From contig CAWHXY010000006.1 in assembly GCA_963833575.1 (NCBI GenBank), positions 224,001-288,000 on the forward strand: DNA of 64,000 bases, read 5' to 3'. Position numbers and translations under genes: made by a program. The stretch is from Candidatus Bathyarchaeota archaeon. Lineage in GTDB: Archaea; Thermoproteota; Bathyarchaeia; Bathyarchaeales; Bathycorpusculaceae. The notes below the pieces were generated by a model that worked only from the letters and a program-made list of their open reading frames with translations, was not told the DNA's origin and searched no databases. Positions 1 through 9,784 of this stretch are shown here, in pieces (the stretch's first letter is position 1; each line of letters opens with the position of its first letter).

Positions 1-537
1 TTCCAAAAGGTGGACGTTTTTTCTCTCTGCCTGATCATTTCCTAGCGCCTTAACGCGGGTTGCATGTATAATTGCTTCAAGCGTCAGCGACATGGCGCGA
101 CATTGAACTTGTGGATATTGCGGCTTTGCATTTATTAGGTCTATCTTAAACGTAGCTTTGGTTTTCTGTGAATCAATCGGCCAAAGGTTGTCAATTGAAA
201 TATCAATTGTGGCATCAGCTGAACACATTTTGGGAGCGTTAACAATTTGTGATTTCTCAAACCAGTCTTTAGGCAGCTTGCCATCGGGATTTGCTTCTTT
301 GAAAGCTGTTTTATAGAAAAACGCTATGTCACTTGTTAAGTTTATAACCGCACATCTGTTTGCCACAATATTGCTGCAGGTTGCTGTTGAATTGAAAAAG
401 TCTATGGTCAGGTGTTTTTCGTCTTCCATTATGATTCCCATGGGTGCTGCATTCGGTGTTTTATCTTTGTTGTAAGTAGAAACTATTGCTTCTGCAATTA
501 TGCCTTTCAAGAAACCCAAATCAGATAATTTCGCCAT
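1..537 (-). CDS. DUF447 family protein (partial, runs off window start)
   Basis: Manual translation from ATG at 537: MAKLSDLGFLKGIIAEAIVSTYNKDKTPNAAPMG...EAIIHATR; the NAAPMG and EAxIHATR motifs are typical of DUF447. Confidence 0.8.
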   Translation of the reverse strand, partial: MAKLSDLGFLKGIIAEAIVSTYNKDKTPNAAPMGIIMEDEKHLTIDFFNSTATCSNIVANRCAVINLTSDIAFFYKTAFKEANPDGKLPKDWFEKSQIVNAPKMCSADATIDISIDNLWPIDSQKTKATFKIDLINAKPQYPQVQCRAMSLTLEAIIHATRVKALGNDQAERKNVHLLE

Positions 538-663
538 CAAACCAGCCCGAGCAACTTAAGAGGTTGAAAGCATTTTGTTTCAATCGAATGTAAAATTTCA
601 CAGTGCCATAATAAAGTTTTGCCAACATGACCTGTGTGCATGAAATTATTGGCTGATTGTTAA

Positions 664-807
664 AGAAGAACAACAACTGGTGGTAGCTCCGGGTGTTGTT
701 CTTCTCTTGAAAGAAGAAGGAGGACAATCGTGCACAGCACCGCGCCTCCTTCTTCTCTGGATTTGTTGAAAGAAGAAGAAGCTTCGCAGGGGCGCACTTC
801 TTCTTCT
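664..807. repeat. Three tandem hairpins with a shared AGAAGAA...TTCTTCT base
   Basis: Perfect stems 664-675/694-705 (12 bp), 712-723/745-756 (12 bp) and 771-781/797-807 (11 bp), with different GC-rich loops. Confidence 0.85.
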
Positions 808-960
808 ACCTCTTTTTTTGAGTTGACTGTTAAACTTTTCATTGTTGAAGAAATGCTTAAGACTAATTCGGGATGTGCCTTTGCTATGTAAGGTTTTTAA
901 AGGATAAGACGAGTATTTTTATAAGAAATTTTACTTATTATTTTGGTGGTTTAAAACTAA

Positions 961-2337
961 ATGGCAATTAAAGTAGCCTTGGTTTACCCTTATTTTCACC
1001 CTGCAAATGATAATTCGATCTTTCGTTTTCCACCTTTAGGTCTCGGCTACATTGCAGCTGCTTTGAAAAAGAAAGGCGTTGACGTTGATTTGATTGATTG
1101 CACCTTTCTGCGGTTTAGCGAAGCAGTTGAACGGGTAACTCGTGCCAAACCACAAATTGTGGGTTTCTACTCGATGTTTTCGATGAAGAAAACCACTTTT
1201 GAGCTTGCAGCAGCTATCAAAAAAAATAGTGAGGGCAATCTTAGTTTGTTTGTGGTTGGCGGTCCTCTGCCTACTTGGTCGCCTGAAAGCTTTCTTGACT
1301 TCTTTGATGTGGTTGCTATTGGTGAAGGAGAAGAAACTATGGTTGAGCTTTCGAGCTGTGTTGCGGAAGGGATTGGATTTTCAGGCGTAAATGGACTGGT
1401 TTACAAAGAGGGAGAACAATTTGTTCGAACTGAGCCGAGAAAATTTATTGAGCAGTTGGATAGCTTAGCTTTTCCTTCGCGCGAATTGTTTGATAACGAA
1501 TCATACAAAAAGTATTACCGCGACAGGTTCGGCTACTCAACTTCTGCCATGATTACTTCCAGAGGTTGCCCCTTTTCATGTGACTTTTGCAGTCGACCAA
1601 TCTTTGGCGCAGAAATGAGAAGCCGCTCAGTGGGAAACATTGTTGATGAGGTTGAAGAAATTGCCTCTTTGGGTTACGATCGGGTTTGGTTTTCGGATGA
1701 CTGTTTCACGTTAAACCGCCAGCACATTTTAGCCGTTTGCAGTGAACTTGTCAAGCGTAAGGTGGATATTAGCTGGGAATGTTTATCGCGAGTAGATACG
1801 ATGGATGCGGAAGTTGCACAGGGCATGAAACGTGCGGGTTGTCTAAGGGTTTTCTTCGGAATTGAATCAGGTAATAACTCTGTTTTAGGTTTAATGAACA
1901 AACACATTACAACCCTGCAGGCAAAAAAAGCTGTTTACGCGGCTAAAACTGCTGGATTAAAAACTGGAGCATTCTTTATTATTGGTTACCCAGGAGAAAG
2001 TGACAAAACAGTATTAGACACTGTTCGTTTTGCTTCAAGTTTACCGCTTGATTACTTATCGTTTACCTTGCCTTATCCCATTCCTGGAACTCCACTCTAT
2101 GAACGTGTCAAAGACAATGGCGTTGCAATTGAGGATTGGGAAGAACCCAAAAATTACCGTTTAGTCAGGCATAAGCTTCTATACGCTTCAGGCTTCAGCG
2201 AAGGAAAGTTGAAGTTTGCTATAGGAAAAGCAAATGCACAGTTTTATGGCAGGCGATATCTTGGGAAATTTGGGTATAAGGTGGTGGGTACGCCGTTTGA
2301 GCGTTTAACTGATTTCACATTTAAGATGATGCGTTGA
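961..2337 (+). CDS. Cobalamin-binding radical SAM protein
   Basis: N-terminal PPLGLGYIAA B12-binding domain; SRGCPFSCDFC CxxxCxxC motif; GIESG. Confidence 0.9.
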   Translation: MAIKVALVYPYFHPANDNSIFRFPPLGLGYIAAALKKKGVDVDLIDCTFLRFSEAVERVTRAKPQIVGFYSMFSMKKTTFELAAAIKKNSEGNLSLFVVGGPLPTWSPESFLDFFDVVAIGEGEETMVELSSCVAEGIGFSGVNGLVYKEGEQFVRTEPRKFIEQLDSLAFPSRELFDNESYKKYYRDRFGYSTSAMITSRGCPFSCDFCSRPIFGAEMRSRSVGNIVDEVEEIASLGYDRVWFSDDCFTLNRQHILAVCSELVKRKVDISWECLSRVDTMDAEVAQGMKRAGCLRVFFGIESGNNSVLGLMNKHITTLQAKKAVYAAKTAGLKTGAFFIIGYPGESDKTVLDTVRFASSLPLDYLSFTLPYPIPGTPLYERVKDNGVAIEDWEEPKNYRLVRHKLLYASGFSEGKLKFAIGKANAQFYGRRYLGKFGYKVVGTPFERLTDFTFKMMR

Positions 2338-2458
2338 TTCGGCAGTTTTGCCGCCAATTTTTCTGTTTGTGTTTTAGGCTGATTTTCTGATTTAGAGTTT
2401 GATAAATATTCGTTTGATTTTTAGGTTAAATAAACGCATTCAACAGCACAAATTTTTC

Positions 2459-2788
2459 TTACTCATTTTGCCCGAGCACGTAACCACAATAACTTACCAC
2501 CAAATAATAATTGGACAAGAAAACATCTTTTCTGATCCTCCAGCCAGAGCGGATAAAATGAGCGTGTACGAGCAGAGAAGGATTCTTTTTCTTTGGTTGT
2601 CTTTCCCAATTCATTAACCAATAACCGGTGGCAAATAACAAAATACCAAAGAAGATTAACAAATCGAAGTTAACCTGATGATGGTAATAATAATTAAAAT
2701 TGTTGATGAACTCATCATAAACCCAGATGAATAAGAGCGCCAATCCAACTGCAAAAAGAAACAGACCTACCAATCTCAAAAGTCTCAT
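2459..2788 (-). CDS. Hypothetical membrane protein
   Basis: 109-aa ORF with two hydrophobic segments. Confidence 0.5.
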   Translation of the reverse strand: MRLLRLVGLFLFAVGLALLFIWVYDEFINNFNYYYHHQVNFDLLIFFGILLFATGYWLMNWERQPKKKNPSLLVHAHFIRSGWRIRKDVFLSNYYLVVSYCGYVLGQNE

Positions 2789-3070
2789 AATGCCACTGAA
2801 TTTGTATATGTTTTAACCTCGATTAAAACATTAACATTCTAAGAAGCGTATGTTTTGTTTCAGGTTTTTCCACTTAGGTCAAGTGGGCAATTTGCTATTT
2901 GTACTAATACTGGAAAAAAAATAAAGGGGAAAATTTTATTTCGTTTTTCGTTTGTACGCGTAAGTTTCAAAAGCAATAGCTGCAAGCATTAAAGTTAAAA
3001 GGCTCCAGAAGCACTCACAACTCAAACTTGTAAAGAGCAATAAGCAAAATATCTCCATAAAAGTGAAACC

Positions 3071-3571
3071 ATGAAACTAACAGCAATCCCTACAATCATA
3101 AGCTCACTGCGAATCGCAGTCCTACCACTCTTCATTCATGTCTACAACACAGCAAACATAGCCCCATGCCTAATTCTGCTCGCTTTTTCAGCCGCAACAG
3201 ATTTTTTTGATGGTTACTTAGCTAGAAAATTGAGGGCAACCTCGAGGTTTGGTGCTTACTACGATGCCACAACAGATTTCACTCTAGTAATCGGCGTATT
3301 CACATTTTTTGCAATTAAAGGATTTTACCCAATTTGGCTACTATTACTTATTGCTGCATCATTTGTTCAGTTCTTGGTTACAAGCCATTACGCCAAAAAA
3401 GTATATGATCCAGTAGGAAAGTACATTGGAAGCGCCCTCTACATAGGTATAGTTTTAACGCTTGTTTTCCCAGAACAATCGACATACAGTTTTGTGCAAT
3501 TTGCCTTCGTCGGATTCTTCTTGATTTCGCTCGGAAGCCGCGTGATAAGTTTAGCGCGAAGCCGCCATTAG
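3071..3571 (+). CDS. CDP-alcohol phosphatidyltransferase family protein
   Basis: DFFDGYLAR...G..YDATTD matches DxxDGxxAR...GxxxDxxxD. Confidence 0.9.
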   Translation: MKLTAIPTIISSLRIAVLPLFIHVYNTANIAPCLILLAFSAATDFFDGYLARKLRATSRFGAYYDATTDFTLVIGVFTFFAIKGFYPIWLLLLIAASFVQFLVTSHYAKKVYDPVGKYIGSALYIGIVLTLVFPEQSTYSFVQFAFVGFFLISLGSRVISLARSRH

Positions 3572-3589
3572 ATATAAAACAACTATTTG

Positions 3590-3880
3590 CTACTTGTATT
3601 TTTCCAAAACTTGCCTTCCAAAATTAGTTATCTCTACCGCATAAAAATCATAGGGTGGCAATTTCTCTGAGACAGTTGGATTATTTACAAGCAATGATTT
3701 TTCTAGAATTCTAACTGCTTCACTTATGTCTCCTGGAGTCAAGCTAGTTTTTTTATGTAATTGTTCGCCTTTCGCAAATTCACCCTCATTAAATTCTGAA
3801 AGAGCTACAAGTACTTTCTTTGCGTTCATATCAATCATATTAAAATCGTCAAGGCTAAAGTCATCAGACATTCCTTTCAC
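3590..3880 (-). CDS. Small winged-helix-like hypothetical protein
   Basis: LTPGDISEAVRILEKSLLV...VEITNFGRQVL resembles a wHTH recognition helix and wing. Confidence 0.55.
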   Translation of the reverse strand: MKGMSDDFSLDDFNMIDMNAKKVLVALSEFNEGEFAKGEQLHKKTSLTPGDISEAVRILEKSLLVNNPTVSEKLPPYDFYAVEITNFGRQVLEKYK

Positions 3881-4039
3881 CTCATTTAAACTAGTGTAAT
3901 CTTGAACATAAAAACAATTTGAAAAAAATTATTAGCCAGCTCTCATACGATTATTGCCTTTCAGGGTTTCTCAATAATTTTTTTGTGTCATGTTAACTAA
4001 TATAGCATTTTCACGTTATCTTTCCGTTTTGATGGAGCT

Positions 4040-5062
4040 TTGAGAGAAAAACAGCATACAGATCAAATAGATTTACCTGAACAAATTCGAGTTTCATTAG
4101 GCACCGCCATTGTTCTCGGCTTGTTAATTGGCAAGTTAGATGCTGAACCCACAACTGCGTACCTTATGACCTACAAAGAAGGAAAGTGCACAGCTAACTG
4201 CGGTTTCTGTCCCCAAGCTAGAGAAAGTAAAAGCAGCACTGATTTGCTTTCTAGGGTTTCGTGGCCAACTTTTTCCACTGCACACGTTTTGACATCTCTC
4301 GGAGAAGCCGTCAGCCAACAAAGAATTAAGCGCGTCTGCATCCAAGCTCTAAATTATCCACAAGTTTTTTCTCAACTTCAAATTCTTGTGAAAGAAATAA
4401 AAAAACAAGTCAATGTATCGGTCTCTGTTTCTTGTCAACCGCTCGTCAAAGCAAACATAAAGCTCTTGGCACAAGCAGGTGTTGATAGGATAGGAATTGC
4501 TTTGGATGTTGCAACTAAAACCTTGTTTGAAAAAGTTAAGGGAAAAGACACAGGCAGCGGTTACACTTGGGAAAACCAATTCAGCATTCTAAATAAAGCG
4601 ATAGAGGTTTTTGGAAAAGGAAATGTTAGCACCCATTTGATTATTGGGTTAGGCGAGACGGAGACAGAAGTAGCACAAGTAATTCAAAAATGTGTTGACA
4701 TGAGCGTTTTGCCAGCGCTTTTCGCGTTTACTCCAATCCGAGGAACAGCATTGGAAGATTGTTCTCAGCCGCCTATTGAATCGTATAGGCGAGTTCAGCT
4801 TGCCAGATACTTGATTGTTAAGGGGTCGTCAAGCTTTGACACGATAAAATTTGATGACAATGGGAAAATAGCTGGTTTCAACTTATCAAGAGAAGAGTTA
4901 AAACCGATAATTGAATCAGGAGAGCCTTTTCTAACTTCAGGTTGCAAAGACTGCAACCGCCCCTACTACAACGAGAAACCAAGCGGACCAATCTACAATT
5001 ACCCGAAAAAACCAAGCAAAGAAGAACTTGGGAAAATAAAACAGCAACTTAACTACTGTTAA
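4040..5062 (+). CDS. lipS2: Radical SAM protein, archaeal lipoyl synthase subunit LipS2-like
   Basis: CTANCGFC radical SAM motif plus C-terminal TSGCKDCNRP, close to the LipS2 TxGCPxC(N/D)RP motif. Confidence 0.7.
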   Translation: MREKQHTDQIDLPEQIRVSLGTAIVLGLLIGKLDAEPTTAYLMTYKEGKCTANCGFCPQARESKSSTDLLSRVSWPTFSTAHVLTSLGEAVSQQRIKRVCIQALNYPQVFSQLQILVKEIKKQVNVSVSVSCQPLVKANIKLLAQAGVDRIGIALDVATKTLFEKVKGKDTGSGYTWENQFSILNKAIEVFGKGNVSTHLIIGLGETETEVAQVIQKCVDMSVLPALFAFTPIRGTALEDCSQPPIESYRRVQLARYLIVKGSSSFDTIKFDDNGKIAGFNLSREELKPIIESGEPFLTSGCKDCNRPYYNEKPSGPIYNYPKKPSKEELGKIKQQLNYC

Positions 5063-6408
5063 GCTATCAATTTGTCAGCTGTTTGCAGGGGTTGTTTCTT
5101 GTTGTCTTTTGGCAATTTCGGTTTTTGTCTTGTCACTTGCTCAACTAATCGCCAGAATTCGTCCATCGTGAAGCCTTTCAGCAGGTCTTTCATGAGTTTT
5201 TTCACTTGGTAGTAAGTCATTTGAGCTTCTCCTTTGTCTAAACTTTCCTGTGGACCCTTAATGCGCCTGAAAAGTTCATCCATCTGTCTTGGTGAAGCTC
5301 GAATTCCTGCTTTCTCCAAAAGTTTCTGAATCAGCGTTTGCCCCGTGTTTCTTCCTATAAAGATCATCGTTTCTCTGCCAACGATTTCAGGTGGAAAAGG
5401 CTCAAAAACTAATGGTTGAGCCATCATTTCCTCCACTTCTTCTTCCACTTCATGAGTGAAAATGTTCTCGCCGATTATCGGTTTATGGAATTGAATGGGC
5501 AGAGCAAAAGCTTTTTCTGCAGATTGAGCAAGTCGATAGATTTTTCCCATATCTACTCCAGTGTCAATATTATAGAGTAGTTCTGCTGCTGTTACGACCT
5601 CTTCGAAAGGAGCTATTCCAGCGCGTTCACCAAACCCTGCAATGCATGTATGCAGGTAAGCCACGCCTTCTTCCATTGCTGCAAGAGTGTTTGCCGATCC
5701 TAAGCCGAAATCGTTGTGGCAGTGAATTGAAAGTGGTACTTTCTTTCTTATTGAATCAGGCAATCCATCACGGATATGTGACATTAAGTAACGCATGGAA
5801 AGTGGTCTCATGAATCCTACTGAATCAGCTATTGCCAACCGGTTTGCTCCAGCGTTGGCTGCTGCTTCAAAAACTTCGAGTATATCTTCCAGCGGGGTTC
5901 TTGTGCCATCCATAAGCACGAAATTTACAGTCGCTCCATGTTTTTTTGCGTAATCAATGTTTTCAACAATTTTTTGTAACGCTTGTTCCTTTGTCATTTT
6001 TAGTTTGTATTGTAGATTTAAACCGTTAATTGGTGATTCAATTGTTATTTCTTTAATGCCGCATTCTAAACAGGCATTTACACTGTTTTTGGTGGCTTCA
6101 GCTGATGCAGTGAGCTTTGAGTAGGTAAAGGTTTCATTAACAATTCGTTTAACGTTGCGTTTTTCATCTTCAGAAATGGCTGGGAAACCAACGTTAATTA
6201 TGGCAACTCCTGCTTCATCCATTAATTTTGCCAGCCTAACTTGCTCGACGTAAGTCAAATAGACAGTTGGGGCTTTGAGGCCTTCCCTGAAAGTTTCATC
6301 CCAAATAAATACTCGGTCAGGAAGTTTAGGTGGTAAGTTTTTTCTTAAACGATTGTAATTAGCAATTAGCCCTTGAGCTTCTAACTTTTTAAATATGGTC
6401 TTTCTCAT
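5059..6408 (-). CDS. DRE-TIM metallolyase (isopropylmalate/homocitrate/citramalate synthase family), divergent
   Basis: DETFREG, HCHNDFG and GFGERAG motifs. Confidence 0.85.
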   Translation of the reverse strand: MRKTIFKKLEAQGLIANYNRLRKNLPPKLPDRVFIWDETFREGLKAPTVYLTYVEQVRLAKLMDEAGVAIINVGFPAISEDEKRNVKRIVNETFTYSKLTASAEATKNSVNACLECGIKEITIESPINGLNLQYKLKMTKEQALQKIVENIDYAKKHGATVNFVLMDGTRTPLEDILEVFEAAANAGANRLAIADSVGFMRPLSMRYLMSHIRDGLPDSIRKKVPLSIHCHNDFGLGSANTLAAMEEGVAYLHTCIAGFGERAGIAPFEEVVTAAELLYNIDTGVDMGKIYRLAQSAEKAFALPIQFHKPIIGENIFTHEVEEEVEEMMAQPLVFEPFPPEIVGRETMIFIGRNTGQTLIQKLLEKAGIRASPRQMDELFRRIKGPQESLDKGEAQMTYYQVKKLMKDLLKGFTMDEFWRLVEQVTRQKPKLPKDNKKQPLQTADKLIA

Positions 6409-6599
6409 CGAGACACAATCCGCACAATGTGGAACCTATATAACATGTTTAAGTTACAGATTCCTCTATAAAAACTGCATCGTCAAGAGTCACCGGCGCT
6501 TTAATGCCGTCTCGAAAAACTAGTAATCCGGTGGGCTAAAACGTGTTTTTTGCCGTTTAAATGCAAAAGTCTTAAGTGCAAAAAAGATAAATACATTAG

Positions 6600-6797
6600 T
6601 TGCCTAAGGGGAAACATATGAGCAGCCTCCAAAAAACAATTGAAAAGATAAAAAATCTTGAAGTTGAAAAGAAAAATCTTCTCGCTGAAATGGAAGATCT
6701 CAAAAAAATGGCTGATGCCAAAGCAACTAATCTAGAACTGGAGATTGCTTCAATTAGGAATGAGATTAAATCTCTAAAAGTTATAATGGGGCAATAG
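6600..6797 (+). CDS. Small coiled-coil protein
   Basis: 65 aa with clear heptad pattern; likely starts at ATG 6618. Confidence 0.6.
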   Translation: MPKGKHMSSLQKTIEKIKNLEVEKKNLLAEMEDLKKMADAKATNLELEIASIRNEIKSLKVIMGQ

Positions 6798-6856
6798 AAG
6801 CCAACCATAGATCAGGTAGCTAATCGGTTAAGCTTTAATTAGCTTTTCACGCCGGT

Positions 6857-7717
6857 TCATTTCTGAGGCTCAGAAGACATAGGCGTTCTTTGGATAACAC
6901 CATTAATAGCGTTAGCCAATGCATTTGCTGCTTCTTGTCTTATGCTTAATGATGCGTCAGTTTCAAGTTTTTCAAGTTCTTTGTGTAAGCTATCTGATTT
7001 TTCGTTTAGCTCCTGCTTTCTTTTTTCGTAATTATCATGCATTTTTTCTTGTTCGGCAGTGAAAGTCTGCAGTGTTACTTCCAATTCGTTCTTTGTTGAC
7101 TTGAGTTCTTTTTGGGTTTGAGCAAGCTGCCCTGCAGCTTTTCTTTTTGCAGTAAATTTGTAAAAGCTGATCTTAATTTCTTGTTGACTTGCAACTTTGT
7201 CTTCTAATTCTCGGATTTTGGTGCTTAATCTTTGAACGTCTGCGTTTCGTTTGCAACTGCGTTCTCTTGTTTCTTCAGCATATTCTTTATCGGTTTCTAC
7301 TATGAGATGGTTAGTGTCAGATAGTTCTTTCTCTTCTTCGGTAAGATTAGATTCTTGAAGCCTCTTTTGTGCCAGTGCAGCTTCAACATCAAGAAAAATC
7401 TGCGATCTCTCCTTCACAAATTGCTCATCAACATTTGTTACAGAGTTAGACTCGAATTCTGAAACTGTTTGCCTTAAGTTCACAAGCCAATCGTCAAAGT
7501 ATTGGCTAAATGGTGAAAGTGCAAAAATTTGAGTACCAAGCTTACTTAAGATACCGAGAGTTTTCTGCGTAACCTCTTTTGATGAAACCTCAGTCTCTTC
7601 TTGAAAGTATTTAATGCCAGAACGTTGCTTTCTTTCTTTCGCTTTCTTTTCATGAGTAGACTTTGAGAATTGTCGAGCAGCACCTCGGCGTGAACCTGTT
7701 TGAGGTTTAAAGCTCAT
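6857..7717 (-). CDS. Coiled-coil hypothetical protein
   Basis: Long E/K/Q-rich helical ORF; start reassigned to MSFKPQ. Confidence 0.7.
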   Translation of the reverse strand: MSFKPQTGSRRGAARQFSKSTHEKKAKERKQRSGIKYFQEETEVSSKEVTQKTLGILSKLGTQIFALSPFSQYFDDWLVNLRQTVSEFESNSVTNVDEQFVKERSQIFLDVEAALAQKRLQESNLTEEEKELSDTNHLIVETDKEYAEETRERSCKRNADVQRLSTKIRELEDKVASQQEIKISFYKFTAKRKAAGQLAQTQKELKSTKNELEVTLQTFTAEQEKMHDNYEKRKQELNEKSDSLHKELEKLETDASLSIRQEAANALANAINGVIQRTPMSSEPQK

Positions 7718-7785
7718 AAACAAACACTGTGTGCAAGAAATATTTAAACAATGCACATTTCTCCGAGGGTTTGAGCGACAAAGGT

Positions 7786-8757
7786 TTATCTTTCTCGCTT
7801 TGAGGTGCCTTTTCTGGGAACTACTACTGTTTCTGTTTGAGGCTTACGTCGTCTTAACACAAGGAATGTTCCCACAATTGCAACGATAACAAAAACAGCT
7901 ACTAAAGCGTAGATTAGCGTTGAGTTTGATGAAGTATTTGAGTTGACGGCTCCGTTTGTTGATGAAGGCGTATTTGTGGCACTTGATGAACCGTCGCTAT
8001 TTGGTGTAATTGTTGGTGCGGTTCCCTGAAGGACTGGCCCTTGAGGCTGAAGAAGCAGTGAATATTTTGTAATTTTCTGGTCTGAAGATACCTGTGATTG
8101 ATTTCGGTCCCATGCCGCAACCTGAAATGCAACGGTTCCAGAGGGTGCCAGGGAAGGAGCTACGTAGCTGTTGGAACTATAGGTATTGCCTACTGCGACT
8201 ACGTCACCTTTAGAATTGAAGAAAGTTGCGATGATCGTTAAGTTCGTTGCCGTTTGGCTTCCTGAATTTTGAACTACACCGTTTACAACGTAGGCACCAT
8301 TATAGTCTCCAACAGTACCAACCGTACCTGAGCTACTTGTGACTTTAAGGTCTGGATATAGATAACTGGTGGTCGCATTTGCCTGCACTACTGTGAGAGA
8401 AACGTTGCCGATGCTGGAGGCTACCCAACCATTTGAGTTTTGTGGCGGCTGGAACTCCATGTAATAGGGTGCAACTTGTTGTGGAACTAGATACTTAACC
8501 CAAACATAACAGTATGAGTTACCCAGAGTCGACCCATCGGAGGCATAGATTGTACCGGTCAAGACGACAGGATCAACTGTGTTAGAGCCGATATTCTGGA
8601 CCTGCCCCACAACATCAAGATATCCAGCGTTATCAATATAATAGGTGTGGCTTAAAATTTCCACGTTTCCTGTCTGACCAAGTGAAGCAGGAACCAAAGT
8701 TAATGCTAAAGAAAATAGTGACAAAGCGAGAAACATATAAACTGTTCTTTTCCTCAT
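7786..8757 (-). CDS. Membrane-anchored surface protein with two FxLYD-type Ig-like domains
   Basis: Signal peptide, two VVGxVQN repeats, S/T linker, C-terminal TM helix followed by RRRK. Confidence 0.75.
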   Translation of the reverse strand: MRKRTVYMFLALSLFSLALTLVPASLGQTGNVEILSHTYYIDNAGYLDVVGQVQNIGSNTVDPVVLTGTIYASDGSTLGNSYCYVWVKYLVPQQVAPYYMEFQPPQNSNGWVASSIGNVSLTVVQANATTSYLYPDLKVTSSSGTVGTVGDYNGAYVVNGVVQNSGSQTATNLTIIATFFNSKGDVVAVGNTYSSNSYVAPSLAPSGTVAFQVAAWDRNQSQVSSDQKITKYSLLLQPQGPVLQGTAPTITPNSDGSSSATNTPSSTNGAVNSNTSSNSTLIYALVAVFVIVAIVGTFLVLRRRKPQTETVVVPRKGTSKRER

Positions 8758-8985
8758 GAACCCCTTCCCTCTTATTCGTACAGATTCCAACAAAGCTACT
8801 TTGTACTATAAAACACTTTTTCAAAATTAGACCTAAATGCCGAAAAAAATCGTTTAACAGAATATTCTTTCACAGCCTTTTTTGCGAAAGATGTTTTTCA
8901 AAGATCGCCACTCCAACCCTAAAATACTATGAAGGATAATTCTTAAAAGTAAAAAGAAAGGATAAAGATATTATAAGGCTAACAT

Positions 8986-9465
8986 ATGACCGAAAAGTTA
9001 CATCCCTATGTAGTATTTCTTCCAATGGAAAAAAAAGACAAGATATTAAGTGCAATCTTCGGATCCAAAGCAGGCGTCGACCTACTTCGCTTCTCACTTA
9101 AACAAGGTATAACCAAAAACATTTACCAAAAAGAACTCGTTAAAAAACTGAACTACTCAAACAAAACAATTATAGAAAACCTAAAAACCCTAACCAAACT
9201 CGGCGTTCTCAACGAAAGCATGGAGAAAAACGAGAATGAAGGAAGAATCATTTGGGTAAAAACTTACCAACTTACAAACCTCGGCAAGTGGTTTGCACTT
9301 TTAATGGCTGAAGAAAAGGAACTCTCAGAAAAAGAAAAAGCCGAAATCCTCCAAAGCCTCTTCCGAACTTACGTGAAACAGGTAAAACGTTTAGCAGAAG
9401 AAATAGGCATAAACAAAAAAATGCTAGAAGAAACCTTTAGAGAAGAAATGAAAAGCACCTTATGA
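8986..9465 (+). CDS. Winged-helix DNA-binding protein
   Basis: YQKELVKKLNYSNKTIIENLKTLTKLGVL...YQLTNLGK. Confidence 0.75.
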   Translation: MTEKLHPYVVFLPMEKKDKILSAIFGSKAGVDLLRFSLKQGITKNIYQKELVKKLNYSNKTIIENLKTLTKLGVLNESMEKNENEGRIIWVKTYQLTNLGKWFALLMAEEKELSEKEKAEILQSLFRTYVKQVKRLAEEIGINKKMLEETFREEMKSTL

Positions 9466-9655
9466 ACCCCCATAAATAATTAAATTCATGTTTCTATAAT
9501 TTTTGATTCGACGATTAAGATTGGCTGTTAATAGGGTATTTATCAAATAATCGTTATTTTATCGGAGAAACAGAGTTTCTTATAACTGGACCTCAGATTA
9601 ACTCCTTTTCAATTTCTCCCTAAATTTGTTAATTAGAACAGCTGAGAGAATTAAG

Positions 9656-9759
9656 AATGGGTTGGTTTTGGGTTGTTGGGTTTGGAGATAGTTTGAGGGG
9701 GAGAAGGGAGAGCGTGCTAAAAATTAATTTTCTCTCCAAACCTTTCCACCCAACCCATT
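9656..9759. repeat. Long imperfect inverted repeat downstream of cdvC
   Basis: AATGGGTTGG 9656-9665 pairs with CCAACCCATT 9750-9759; GGTTTGGAGA 9679-9688 pairs with TCTCCAAACC 9733-9742. Confidence 0.7.
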
Positions 9760-9784
9760 GTTTTGGTTTTTTTGCCCTCAATAG

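Noticed and set aside
664-807. CRISPR array or SECIS elements
   Set aside because: No constant 24-40-nt direct repeat with uniform spacers and no cas genes; not in the 3' UTR of a UGA-containing gene
660-842. 60-aa ORF as a RiPP precursor for the neighbouring B12 radical SAM enzyme
   Set aside because: Its EEE/SSS/LLLL runs are simply translations of the GAA/TTC hairpin arms, and it is divergent from the enzyme with no transporter or peptidase nearby
2936-3058. 40-codon minus-strand ORF ending in a hydrophobic stretch plus KRKTK and a T-tract
   Set aside because: Starts only 12 bp from the divergent gene, leaving no promoter space; at most a remnant of a membrane-anchor C-terminus
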